Below are positions 16,476 to 26,669 of a stretch of 60,397 nucleotides of DNA, piece by piece. The stretch spans positions 1 through 60,397 of the forward strand of contig JASFYY010000115.1 in assembly GCA_045046875.1 (NCBI GenBank). Reading direction: 5' to 3'. The stretch comes from Verrucomicrobiota bacterium. GTDB lineage: Bacteria; Verrucomicrobiota; Verrucomicrobiia; Verrucomicrobiales; DEV007. The notes under the pieces are model-generated. The model saw only the letters and a list, made by a program, of their open reading frames with translations, had not been told where the DNA came from and ran no database searches. Position 1 is the first letter of the stretch; every line of letters starts with the position of its first letter. The translations under genes were made by a program, and so were the position numbers.

Positions 16476-19292
16476 TTATTTATTCGCAGCTTCCAATTTC
16501 TTTTTCGCTTCAAGCCTGAGTTGTTCCAGACGGGAAAGAGGTTTTTTCGGTGCCGCTTTGGCCACCACAACTTTTTTGGCTGGCGCGCCTTTTTTGGCCA
16601 CCGCCGGTTTTGCCACCGGTTTTTTCGGCGCAGGATCCACTCGGAAAACTCCACCCATTCCCAGTTTGTGCAGGATAGGTTGTTTGTTTTTCATAACGAT
16701 CAAGTTGCCGTAAATATTCTTATGCTTGCCCACTGGAGTCTTGGCATTGGTGCCCACAGGAATCACTACCTGCTTGGTATCCTTGGTGATCTCGATCGGC
16801 TTGAATTCCGTATTAGCTGGCAAACCAAACAACTTAAGTTCGGCTTTGCCCTCGAAAGCTCTTAGCTGAGCCAAATCACAAATTACTTCCGCTTTTTCCC
16901 CTTGTTTGACCGTGGCCAGATTGATCTTCATGGTGGCGTAAGGCTCCTCAACCGTCAGGTTGGTGAAAGGTGCCGCGACCGTTACCAAACCTTTGCCCGC
17001 ATCGGCTTCAGCGATCACGGTCAGTTTCCAGGTTTTCAACTCGGCCGTTGCGTTGGCGTTCAACTCATATTCGACCTCATTCGTTTTTGCCGGAATGCTC
17101 ATGGTGCTCGGGCAACCGATGCCCGGCGGACGCCACAACATGCGTAACAAAATCGCCTTCTCAAAACCTTCCTTACGCTTTGCGCGGATCTTCAGCTTCA
17201 TGGTGCCATTGCGCACAATCGGCACGGCGGGCTGATCAATGGAAATACTGAAAGGAGCCTCTTCCACCACCCCTATTGCGAGCCAGTTACTAGGACTCGA
17301 ATAATAAGTGATGTTATTCGGATTGCCTCGGATGATGTCAAGATCCTGCTTATACATACCTCTAACGGGTTTCTTGGGATCCACATTCTTCACATACATA
17401 TTATACAAAGCCCCCGCTACCGGCGCATCTGCTGCCGCGTGCAATATAATCGGAAACTGGCTCAAGTTCGCCGGAATGGTTCCTGCTTCCCAAGTCACTC
17501 CTTTGGGCAATTTGGGCAAATCAAATTGCAACTCACCTGCATAATTCTGACGACTGACATTCACCACCATCGCAAAGTGATTGCCCTTCGGAATATCAAA
17601 CTGCTTGCGATACTGACTGTCGCGGCGGATTTGCTCGGGCATGGTCACCATCACATTAGGTGTCGGAGCTTCCGTCTCGATGCGGTAAATAAAATCCTTA
17701 CCACCACGATCCAACATATCACGAACCCGCAACACATACTCACCATCGGCAGCCGCGGTGAAGTCCAAACGACTGTCACTCGACCCATCGGCATCATCGT
17801 TGGAGCCGATCTGCTTGCCTTTCGCATCGTAAATGTAAATCACCGTATCCACCGCTGTCCCAATTTTATTGGCGTAAGAACGGAACCTGTATTTCTGACC
17901 TTTTTTGGCGGTGAATTTAAAATAATCCGTATCGCCCTGTTCTTGCAAGATACCGTTGAAAGCCAGGGGCAATGCTGCGCCCGGAGTGGCTTCCTTACTG
18001 GTATTGTTGGGTTCTTTCTCCAATATATTGTCAAATTTTGCTACCCGAAGTTCGTTTCCTGATGGTGGCAACTGACCTTCGTGCGCGCCAAAAACATTCA
18101 CCGTGTCCTGACCCTCGGCCGGAAGTTTGATCTTGGTTTTGTAGTCTCCCTTTTGATCACCCAACAAAGTCACCTCGACTTCGGTGCCTGCTTTACCTCC
18201 TGCGGGATAAACTCCCAACGGACGTGGAAATGTCCCGATATGCACACGGTAACGCCCTCTCCCCTGGTAAGCACTGTCTCTCACCTCAATGGTGTATTCA
18301 CCATCCTTGGGAGCGATAATCGAAGTCACCGAATCCTGCTTGAGCAATGCCGAATCATCCGATACCGCCAATTCAAAACGCTTGTCATCAAGGATCGCTA
18401 CATAAGGGTCGATCATGATATTGCCCGATTTCGAATCATTGATCCGCATACCTTCAACTTCCACGCTGATACGCTGCCCTTTTTTTGCTTTAACCCGGTA
18501 ATAATCCACCTCTTCCGGCTTGGCGGCGCCTTCAACGGTCACGTTCAAAGCAATCTCCTGCGGTTTGTCAAAATCGTCGTTCGGCTCTACTTCTTCCACG
18601 GTCGCAAACTGCGATACCCAGAATGTGCGTGCGTAACTGGTGCCACTGGTGGTTCTCAGACGGATGTGATGCTCTCCCAACTCACAATCGGGCGCGATCA
18701 CCAAAGTGACCTCTACTTTGGTGGCGAGTGCCTTGTTTGCCTTATCCATCGCTGTTTTAGCCGCAGCGACTTTTTTTGCCTGCGCAGCCTTGGTCGCAGC
18801 ATCAGCAGCGACGGCGTTCTTTTTAGCCAGATCAAAAGCCGCTTGCGCCTTGGTTTTGGCAGCCACGGTTTGCGCAGTGGAAGTGGCATCATTTTTGATA
18901 GCTACATCCAGAGCCGCCTTGGCAGCGGCAACTTTTTTAGCCTGGTCAGCTTTGGTAGCTGCAGCAGCCACCCCGGCATTCTTGTTGGCTAGATCAAAAG
19001 CCACTTTCGCTTTGGCCCTGGTGACATCGGCGACCACTACTATATCCTTAAAGCTCATGCCTTTCTGATGAAATAATACCTCCTTGGCACCATCCAGGCG
19101 CGTACCGGTAAAAGCCACTTTGACCTCCGTGCCTCGTTTCCCGCCTCGCGGCACAGTGGTTCGTAAATCAGGCGAAGCCGCTTGCAACACCGACGTCGCA
19201 AACAACACAACGGCCATGGCAGAGAAAAAACTCATCACGCCTTTGCGCAATGATCTGTTCAGATTTTTATATTCAACGGAATGATGCTTCAT
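16476..19292 (-). CDS. Exported PPC (pre-peptidase C-terminal)-domain repeat protein of the DUF1501/DUF1549 cassette
   Basis: PRGGKRGTEV start, EVEPNDDF and EKEPNNT motifs, DYYRVKAKKGQ and DYFKFTAKKGQ repeats, YPAGGKAG. No protease catalytic motif recognised. Confidence 0.85.
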   Translation of the reverse strand: MKHHSVEYKNLNRSLRKGVMSFFSAMAVVLFATSVLQAASPDLRTTVPRGGKRGTEVKVAFTGTRLDGAKEVLFHQKGMSFKDIVVVADVTRAKAKVAFDLANKNAGVAAAATKADQAKKVAAAKAALDVAIKNDATSTAQTVAAKTKAQAAFDLAKKNAVAADAATKAAQAKKVAAAKTAMDKANKALATKVEVTLVIAPDCELGEHHIRLRTTSGTSYARTFWVSQFATVEEVEPNDDFDKPQEIALNVTVEGAAKPEEVDYYRVKAKKGQRISVEVEGMRINDSKSGNIMIDPYVAILDDKRFELAVSDDSALLKQDSVTSIIAPKDGEYTIEVRDSAYQGRGRYRVHIGTFPRPLGVYPAGGKAGTEVEVTLLGDQKGDYKTKIKLPAEGQDTVNVFGAHEGQLPPSGNELRVAKFDNILEKEPNNTSKEATPGAALPLAFNGILQEQGDTDYFKFTAKKGQKYRFRSYANKIGTAVDTVIYIYDAKGKQIGSNDDADGSSDSRLDFTAAADGEYVLRVRDMLDRGGKDFIYRIETEAPTPNVMVTMPEQIRRDSQYRKQFDIPKGNHFAMVVNVSRQNYAGELQFDLPKLPKGVTWEAGTIPANLSQFPIILHAAADAPVAGALYNMYVKNVDPKKPVRGMYKQDLDIIRGNPNNITYYSSPSNWLAIGVVEEAPFSISIDQPAVPIVRNGTMKLKIRAKRKEGFEKAILLRMLWRPPGIGCPSTMSIPAKTNEVEYELNANATAELKTWKLTVIAEADAGKGLVTVAAPFTNLTVEEPYATMKINLATVKQGEKAEVICDLAQLRAFEGKAELKLFGLPANTEFKPIEITKDTKQVVIPVGTNAKTPVGKHKNIYGNLIVMKNKQPILHKLGMGGVFRVDPAPKKPVAKPAVAKKGAPAKKVVVAKAAPKKPLSRLEQLRLEAKKKLEAANK

Positions 19293-19420
19293 GATTATTA
19301 GTTAAGGCAGGAACTACATTTACAGATATTGAGTGATGGGGGCTGTATCCCATCAAGGGCAGAGTCAGCCTGCCACTTGCAAGCCGCTCCGCCTTCCAGG
19401 AAAACTATGACAGGGTTAAT

Positions 19421-20749
19421 TTAAGCAATGATATCAGTCAGCAGGTTGCCACCGTTCACAATCTCAATCGGGCGAGGTCCAGGGGCGATCAATTCCTTGT
19501 CAGAATTAATTCCCAATTGATGATAAATTGTTTTTGCCAGATCCGGCACATGCACCGGGTTCTGGTCGGGTTCCGCACCAAGCGAATCCGATGTGCCGTA
19601 AGCCATGCCGCGTTTGATTCCGCCACCAGCCAGCATCACGCTGAACACTTTTGGCCAGTGATCCCGACCATTGGTTTTATTGATTTTTGGAGTCCGTCCG
19701 AACTCGGAAGAAACCATCACCAATGTTTCATCAAGCAAACCGCGATCATCCAGATCAGTCAACAAACGAGCCAAAGCACGATCAAAGTCAGGAGCCTGAC
19801 GGGCAAAATTAGTTTTGATATTGTCGTGGTTGTCCCAGCTGCCGTAAGTCAAATTCACCAAACGCACACCGGACTCGACCAAACGACGCGCCAGTAACAT
19901 TCTCGCTCCAGCTGTATTCCTGCCATACTCGTCACGCAGCTTTTTATCCTCTTTATTAATATCAAAAGCTTCCCGCGCTTCTTTCGAAGAAATCAGGCTG
20001 TAGGCCTTGGTATAAAAAGAATCCATCGCGTCGATCTCATCCGCTTTTTCCTTCTGGCGGAAGTGACCGTCCACCATTTCCAAAAGACTGCGACGACGAT
20101 TAAAACGCTCTTCATCGATGCCTTTGGGTGGCAACAAATCACGCACCTTGTAACCACCGGACGCCGGATCGCTACCTAAACTGAAAGCGCCATACATCGA
20201 ACTCAAATAACCCGTTCCCGCATAGACGTTGGGTTGATTGGGCACACAAACATAAGGAGGCAGGTTTTTGCGCGGTCCGAACTCATGTGAAACCACCGAA
20301 CCGTAACTAGGAAACATCGTAGCCGGACTCGGACGATAACCGGTGAACATATTATGCACGCCACGTTCGTGAGCCGCCTCACCATGAGTCATGGAACGAA
20401 TCACCGTCATTTTGTCGGCTACCTTGGCCAACTCTTTGAAATACTGCCCGAACTGAATGCCATCGACATTCGTTTTGATCGCTGAATAAGGCCCGCGATA
20501 CTCACTGGGAGCGCCGGGATGCGGATCCCAACCTTCCTGATGCGCCATGCCGCCAGGCAGGAAAATATGAATCAAGGATTTGGCCGTGCCTTCTTTGGAT
20601 TCGTAAAATTTCGCGGCAGCACCGGCTTCGCTTTTCAGCAAATGAGGCAAAGTGATACCCAGTCCACCAGCCATACCCACTCGCATAAAGTCTCGACGGG
20701 AAGTGAAGCCAGCCGACAACATGCCTATATTGCTTGTTTTGTTATTCAT
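19421..20749 (-). CDS. DUF1501 family protein (Tat-exported)
   Basis: Tat motif SRRDF; IFLPGGMAHQEGWDP, ARRLVESGVR, WDNH, SEFGRTP, GRDHW. Confidence 0.95.
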   Translation of the reverse strand: MNNKTSNIGMLSAGFTSRRDFMRVGMAGGLGITLPHLLKSEAGAAAKFYESKEGTAKSLIHIFLPGGMAHQEGWDPHPGAPSEYRGPYSAIKTNVDGIQFGQYFKELAKVADKMTVIRSMTHGEAAHERGVHNMFTGYRPSPATMFPSYGSVVSHEFGPRKNLPPYVCVPNQPNVYAGTGYLSSMYGAFSLGSDPASGGYKVRDLLPPKGIDEERFNRRRSLLEMVDGHFRQKEKADEIDAMDSFYTKAYSLISSKEAREAFDINKEDKKLRDEYGRNTAGARMLLARRLVESGVRLVNLTYGSWDNHDNIKTNFARQAPDFDRALARLLTDLDDRGLLDETLVMVSSEFGRTPKINKTNGRDHWPKVFSVMLAGGGIKRGMAYGTSDSLGAEPDQNPVHVPDLAKTIYHQLGINSDKELIAPGPRPIEIVNGGNLLTDIIA

Positions 20750-20906
20750 GATTCTCTTGTTTTGGGGTTTTCTACAACCTGCTTAAAATTAACAAGTTGC
20801 AGCAAATTATTTCACCTCTCGGATTTCCTATACTCAAGGTTTCTGCTTCTTTTGACTCATTGTTAGCTACTGCGTTCAAAAAACTTCGCGAATTACTCCA
20901 ACTTGA

Positions 20907-21731
20907 TTATTTCGCCGCACTTTTACCTTCTGATCCCGCCTTTCCAATCGCTGTATTCAATTCGCCCACATATTGCTCGGCCAACTGTGCAATATAAGCC
21001 AATACGTTGGCGAGATCCTTATCCCGTAGCCTGCTGGCGATCTCCCGCATCCGAGTGCCGTCCTCGTCCTTGCGGTCCGTGCCACGAATACCGGAACGGA
21101 ATTTTTCCAACTGACCCAGCATATACCAATCCTGCAAACCCACCAACTGACCACTGCGAAACGCCACTTCACCGGAACCATTATAACGGTGACACTCCAT
21201 GCACTGATCCATATACACATACATGCCCTTGGCGGCATCCCCCTTGAGTGTGTTCTGCGTTGCGTGAAGCGGCATTTTCATGATCACTGCCGCGGCCTCC
21301 TTCATCTGCTCGTCATTCAAGCTCAATGCAATCGCGTGCATCTGCGCCCCGGTCAGGTCTTTCTCATGCGCACCACGCAGACGATTTCTGAACTTACCCA
21401 GTTGCGCCATCACATACCAATCAGGCAAACCCGCGATGGAGGGAGTTCTCAGTTGCGCATTACCCTGCCCTTTATCGCCATGACAGTTCAGGCAAATTCT
21501 CTGGTAAACATTTCCCGCTCCAGCCGCCCCTTTATCAGCTTTGGCCGCCTGCATCGATTTAACCGCCGCATCCGCTATCGCCTTGAGCGCTGCCGCATCC
21601 TCTTTTTTACCCTCCTGCGCCTCGGATCTTGAAATCATTAAAAAACCAAGCAAGGCAACCACTGCAAGCCCCCGCCCTAAACCAGAGCAAATGACAGCGG
21701 GAAACAGGGAATTTCTTTTACTTGAACTCAT
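20907..21731 (-). CDS. Diheme cytochrome c (c4/c553-like)
   Basis: CLNCH and CMECH, each followed by L.G..DWY...QL.KFR.G.RG and a distal Met. Signal peptide. Start ATG 21731 preferred over 21809. Confidence 0.9.
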   Translation of the reverse strand: MSSSKRNSLFPAVICSGLGRGLAVVALLGFLMISRSEAQEGKKEDAAALKAIADAAVKSMQAAKADKGAAGAGNVYQRICLNCHGDKGQGNAQLRTPSIAGLPDWYVMAQLGKFRNRLRGAHEKDLTGAQMHAIALSLNDEQMKEAAAVIMKMPLHATQNTLKGDAAKGMYVYMDQCMECHRYNGSGEVAFRSGQLVGLQDWYMLGQLEKFRSGIRGTDRKDEDGTRMREIASRLRDKDLANVLAYIAQLAEQYVGELNTAIGKAGSEGKSAAK

Positions 21732-22063
21732 AACACTATAAATATACAGGAATATCAAACGACTTGCCCATATTTCAAGCAACAAACAACCATTTCCCAT
21801 ATATTGCATTTAAGATGCTACTTTACCCGGGCAAAACATACGATAAGTTCAATATACGACTAGAATAAAACAATTTACGCGAAGCCTGTGCGAATGAACG
21901 GCCTTAGATCTATAGTGCGAAACGCTGTGAAACCTGAAACCAGTCGCTGCCACCCCCACTTCCCCTCTTCAGGGCACAAAATAATCTGCTCGCTGAAATT
22001 TTGAACAATTACCCAAAAGCATAGTCTAAATCGAACCATTAAATCTTCATCTGCACTGCCACT

Positions 22064-25000
22064 ATGAAAAAACTGATTCTACCCCCATCCACTTGGATTG
22101 CCGCTCTTACCCTTTCACTGACCCCGGGTCTTTTTGCTGCTGACGCCAAAAAAGGCAAAGAAGAAAAAATCAACTTTCAGGAGCACATCTTTCCTTTCTT
22201 TGAAGACAAGTGCATGAACTGCCACAACCCGGATGAAGCCAAAGGCGGCTTGGACTTGAGCAACTACGGCTCCACCATGGCCGGCGGCAGCGGCGGCAGC
22301 ATCGCCGAAGCGGAAAATTCCGGCAACTCCCGACTTTTCACCCTGTTGGCTCATAGCGAAGAGCCTTACATGCCCCCCAAAAAACCCAAAGCTCCCGATC
22401 CGGAAATAGAGCTTATCCGCAAATGGATCGATGGCGGCCTGCTCGAAACCTCTGGATCCGTTGCGAAAAAAAGCACCAAACCCAAACTGGATATGAATCT
22501 GGTAGGTGCCGTAGGAGCTAAGCCCTCTGGCCCACCACCCATGCCGCACCATTTGATCCTCGAACCCGCCGTGGTCACCGAGCGACCTAACGCCGTTCCT
22601 GATATGGCCCGCAGTCCCTGGGCTCCGATCGTCGCTATCGCCGGACAAAAACAAGTATTGCTCTACCAGAGCGAAAAAGCCGAACTGCTAGGTGTGCTGC
22701 CTTACCCCGAAGGTTACCCGCAAGCGTTGTCATTCAGTCAAAACGGCAGTCTGCTGCTCTGCGGCGGAGGTCGTGGCGGCAAAAAAGGTGGCGTGGTGGT
22801 TTGGGATATCAAAAACGGCAACCGGGTCATCGAAGTCGGTCGGGAGTTCGACATCGTGCTCGGCGCTGACATCAGTCCCGACAACCGGCGCATCGCTCTC
22901 GGCGGTCCCGGACGTAACATGAAAATTTTCGATACCATCACCGGCGAACAAATTTTTTCGATCAAAAAACATTCCGACTGGCTGATGACCCTGGCCTACA
23001 GCCCTGACGGCGTACTGCTCGCCTCCGGCGGGCGTGGTGGCGACTTGTTTGTCTGGGAAGCCGAAACCGCCATCGAGTTCTACACCCTCAACGGCCACTC
23101 CAATGCCGTGACCTCCCTCAGCTGGCGCTCGGACGCCAACGTGCTCGCCTCTGCCAGTGAAGACGGCACCATCATCCTGTGGGAAATGGGTGAAGGCAAA
23201 CAAGTCAAAAAATGGAACGCCCACAGCGGCGGAGTCCTGTCGGTGAACTTCGCACCCGATGGACGTCTGGTCACCGCCGGCCGTGACAAAACTGTTAAAA
23301 TCTGGAAAGCTGACGGCAAGCTCGAAAGAGCGATCACCGCATCCGATGCGATTGTTATGAGTTCGGTTTTCACCAACGACAGCAAACGCATCGTCAGTGG
23401 CGATTGGAAAGGCAATATAAAAATCTGGGATGCCACCAACGGAACCGAAATCGCCTCCATCATCTCCAACCCTCCCAGCATCGATGGGCAACTGAAAGAG
23501 AGCGAACTGGCGATCAAAAAAATCGCTGATACCATGCCTAAACTTCAAGAAGGTCTGAAAAGCACCACCGCCCAAACTGCCGCCATGCAAAAACAATATG
23601 CCGATGCCAAGGCCGCTGTTGCCGCTGCGGTCGCACGCAAAGCAGAGATGGAAAAACAGGCCAAAGCGATGGCTGCCCAAGCCGTTCAAATGGCAGCGAA
23701 TGTCAAAAAAGCCCAGCAAACCCTCGCCGCCAAACAAGGTGAGTCCGCCAAACGCACCGCAGCCGTTCAAAAAGTCAGCGGAACCCTGGCCGCTGCCACC
23801 GCCGAGCAGAAAAAATGGACTGCTGAAAGCGCTAAACGCCAACAACAAGTCACCGCTGTAGCGGCCAACCTGCTGAAAGCCAAAACTCTGGTAGATCAAA
23901 GCAAGGTCGATCCCAAAATGAGTAAATCCCTGGCCGACGCCACCGCGGCCTACGCCAGCATTGCCAAAGCACAAAAAGACCAGCAAGGTCAAATCGCTGC
24001 GCTGACGAAAAAAGTGCAAGAAGCCGACGCCAAGGTGAAAGCCGCGGCCAAGCCAACCCCACCAGCTCTGATCAAAGCTCACCAGGATGCTGTAAACCAA
24101 GTCAATACAGTCAAAACCCAGTTGGCCGCCACCCAGAAACGTTTGGGTGAAGTGAATGCCCAACTCAAACCGCTGCAAAGCTCGCACGCGGCTGCAGTGG
24201 CCAAACAAAAACAAAGCAGCGACGCTTTTGCCAAACAGAATCTAGCCCACCAGGCGGCAACCAAGTCGCTGCAGGAAGCGCAGGGGAAATTAGCCGCCGC
24301 TAACAAAAATGTGAGCACCGTGACGGCGCAAATCAAGGCCGCTCAACTAGCGGATGCCGCCGCCAAAGCCGAAGTGACCAAAGCGCAGGCCTTGATCGCC
24401 TCCAGCAGCAAAGCCTCCGCCGACATGAAGCCCAAAATGGCTTCGGCTGAGAAAGCCACCCAGCAAGCGGCCGCCGCCGCCGCCGCCATGGAAAAACAAC
24501 GCATCGCCAAAGAGAAAAGCTATCAAGCCACCGCCAAAAAAGTTGGCGAAGCTAAAAAAGCCCTGGAAATGGCCAACTTGAAACTGACCACCAACAAATA
24601 CCTGGTCAAAAAATGGCAGGCAGCAGCCGTCAACCTACAGGTTCACAAAGCGAGTGACAAGCTCGACGACATGACCGAGGAACTCGACGACATGATGGAG
24701 GAAGTCGCCGATACCACCCAGCAAAGCAAAAAATCCAGCGACTCGCTGATGGCAGTCAAGAAAACATACGACCAAGCCCGGATGACGATCGAAAAAGGGC
24801 GTAAAACCCTGGCCGAAAAATCAAGCACGGTTCTAGAGACCGCCTTGAAACTGGCTGCCGCCAAAGCCATGGTTGCTGCCGCCAGCCCAAAAAATACCAA
24901 AGTTGGCAATCAACCGTCTGACTCAAAAGCAAAACCACAACCCGGCAACCAGGCCGCCGCCAAATCTCCCGCCATCGCAAAATCCGAACTGGATGCGCTG

Positions 25001-25270
25001 CAACAGCGTCTGGCCAAATTGGAGGGCTTCATCAAAAACGCTTATGCCGATGTCGGCAAAACCCAAAAAGAGATCGATAAAGCTAGTGAGGTCACTGCCA
25101 AAACTCCGGCTCTCATCAGCGAACGCACCAAACAACAAGCCGCCGCCGATGCCGCACTGAAAAAAGCGCTCACCGAAAAAGATGCCCAAGCCGCCAAAAT
25201 CGCCACCCAACAAAAAACCATCGAAGAGCTGCGCGCCAAATATCTCAAAATGGTACCTAAAGAAAAATAA
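22064..25270 (+). CDS. Planctomycete cytochrome c + WD40 propeller + long Ala/Lys/Gln-rich coiled-coil protein
   Basis: Signal peptide; INFQEHIFPFFEDKCMNCH...MPPK..WIDGG; WD40 repeats (GHSNAVTSLSWRSDANVLASASEDGTIILWE etc.); about 600 aa of helical C-terminus. Confidence 0.9.
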   Translation: MKKLILPPSTWIAALTLSLTPGLFAADAKKGKEEKINFQEHIFPFFEDKCMNCHNPDEAKGGLDLSNYGSTMAGGSGGSIAEAENSGNSRLFTLLAHSEEPYMPPKKPKAPDPEIELIRKWIDGGLLETSGSVAKKSTKPKLDMNLVGAVGAKPSGPPPMPHHLILEPAVVTERPNAVPDMARSPWAPIVAIAGQKQVLLYQSEKAELLGVLPYPEGYPQALSFSQNGSLLLCGGGRGGKKGGVVVWDIKNGNRVIEVGREFDIVLGADISPDNRRIALGGPGRNMKIFDTITGEQIFSIKKHSDWLMTLAYSPDGVLLASGGRGGDLFVWEAETAIEFYTLNGHSNAVTSLSWRSDANVLASASEDGTIILWEMGEGKQVKKWNAHSGGVLSVNFAPDGRLVTAGRDKTVKIWKADGKLERAITASDAIVMSSVFTNDSKRIVSGDWKGNIKIWDATNGTEIASIISNPPSIDGQLKESELAIKKIADTMPKLQEGLKSTTAQTAAMQKQYADAKAAVAAAVARKAEMEKQAKAMAAQAVQMAANVKKAQQTLAAKQGESAKRTAAVQKVSGTLAAATAEQKKWTAESAKRQQQVTAVAANLLKAKTLVDQSKVDPKMSKSLADATAAYASIAKAQKDQQGQIAALTKKVQEADAKVKAAAKPTPPALIKAHQDAVNQVNTVKTQLAATQKRLGEVNAQLKPLQSSHAAAVAKQKQSSDAFAKQNLAHQAATKSLQEAQGKLAAANKNVSTVTAQIKAAQLADAAAKAEVTKAQALIASSSKASADMKPKMASAEKATQQAAAAAAAMEKQRIAKEKSYQATAKKVGEAKKALEMANLKLTTNKYLVKKWQAAAVNLQVHKASDKLDDMTEELDDMMEEVADTTQQSKKSSDSLMAVKKTYDQARMTIEKGRKTLAEKSSTVLETALKLAAAKAMVAAASPKNTKVGNQPSDSKAKPQPGNQAAAKSPAIAKSELDALQQRLAKLEGFIKNAYADVGKTQKEIDKASEVTAKTPALISERTKQQAAADAALKKALTEKDAQAAKIATQQKTIEELRAKYLKMVPKEK

Positions 25271-25524
25271 ACTGCACAGGAGGGCGGACATTGACTGCCG
25301 TCTGTCTTCGGCTCCTGTCCGGCGCCCCTCCGGCTTACTCAAACCCCTCCCTTTACTCCAAAAAACTCTTTCTTATCCACGCTCACTCGACCGCCAAAGC
25401 CTTGGCGAAGGAGGTTCCGCGAAATTCGCGGTAAAAATTCTTGCTTCAGGGGTTTCTAAAAACTTGTGCAAAACACAACGCCTTCCGCTTGAACATAGCC
25501 AAATATACTGGAACGGTGTCCACC

Positions 25525-26574
25525 ATGAAAAATCTCTGCACCCTTCTTTGCTCCCTCGGTCTGTTGTTTTCCGCTGTACTTTCCGCATCAGCCACCGACC
25601 CCGCGCTATTCCTCCATTTCCCCGCCAAGGACGGCCCCGGCAAAGGCAAAAAAATCGTCCTGGTTGGTGGCGACGAAGAATACCGCTCCGAGGAATCCCT
25701 GCCGATGCTCGGCAAAATCCTCAGCCAGCGCCACGGTTTTGACTGCACCGTGCTGTTTGCCATCGACGCCAAAACCGGCACCATCAACCCCAACAACCAG
25801 AACAACATCCCCGGACTCGAAGCCCTCGACTCGGCGGATCTGATGATCATCGCCACCCGCTTCCGTCAACTGCCCGACGATCAACTCGCCCACATCGGCA
25901 AATTTCTCAATGCCGGCAAACCGGTCATCGGACTGCGCACCGCTACTCACGCCTTCACCGGCGCTGCCAAATTCGAAAACCTCAAGTGGGGTCAATTCGG
26001 ACTGAAAATCCTTGGTGAAAAATGGGTCAACCACCACGGCAAACACAAAGTGCAAGGCTGCCGCGCCGTGCCCGAAACGGCCAACGCCGACAACCCCATT
26101 CTCAACGGCGCAAAACACGCCTTTGCCGTATCCGATGTTTACGGCGTAGTGAACCTGACCGCAGACGATAAAATCCTGTTGCGCGGAGCCGTCACCGAAT
26201 CTCTCGACCCGACATCCAAAACCATCGAAGGCGACAAAAACAAACCGATGATGCCCCTCGCCTGGCTGCACACCTATACCGCTCCCAACGGCAGCAGCAA
26301 AGGCCAATCCTTCTGCACCACATCAGGCGCCGCCGCTGACCTGGTGAATACTGATCTTCGCCGTCTGGTGATCAACGCCGCCTATTCCCTCACCGGCCTC
26401 ACCGTGCCCGCCATGGCAGACGTCACCCTGGTCGATCCCTACAACCCGAGTTTCTACGGATTCATCCGCACCGAAGGCCACTGGCCCAAACGCGCCCTAC
26501 GCCCCACTGACTTCGGCCTCGGCAAAACCACCGTAGCCGACGACCCCAAAGGCACTCCCAAGTGGCGTTATTAA
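25525..26574 (+). CDS. Exported ThuA-like (class I glutamine amidotransferase-like fold) protein
   Basis: GDEEYRSEESLP, GKPVIGLRTATHAF, WVNHHG, PLAW motifs. Signal peptide from ATG 25525. Confidence 0.85.
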   Translation: MKNLCTLLCSLGLLFSAVLSASATDPALFLHFPAKDGPGKGKKIVLVGGDEEYRSEESLPMLGKILSQRHGFDCTVLFAIDAKTGTINPNNQNNIPGLEALDSADLMIIATRFRQLPDDQLAHIGKFLNAGKPVIGLRTATHAFTGAAKFENLKWGQFGLKILGEKWVNHHGKHKVQGCRAVPETANADNPILNGAKHAFAVSDVYGVVNLTADDKILLRGAVTESLDPTSKTIEGDKNKPMMPLAWLHTYTAPNGSSKGQSFCTTSGAAADLVNTDLRRLVINAAYSLTGLTVPAMADVTLVDPYNPSFYGFIRTEGHWPKRALRPTDFGLGKTTVADDPKGTPKWRY

Positions 26575-26669
26575 TACCATATCAAGAAAATCCCATCCGC
26601 ACTTATCCCTGCCATGCGCGACGAGATTCTTCCTGAATAAGCTCGGATGTTCCAGATCAATTTGGAATA

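Noticed and set aside
19334..19374. Two small hairpins between the DUF1501 and PPC genes
   Set aside because: The stems are short with no U-tract. They could be mRNA stability elements, but the support is too weak to call.
21911..21927. AGTGCGAAACGCTG shared with the REPIN-like arm near 48439
   Set aside because: It is an isolated 14-bp match without the rest of the element, so it could be chance or a decayed remnant.
22730..24214. 494-aa minus-strand ORF and similar long antisense ORFs (for example 39865-41019, 41377-42465, 54068-55129)
   Set aside because: These are mirror frames of strongly supported genes with biased codon usage.
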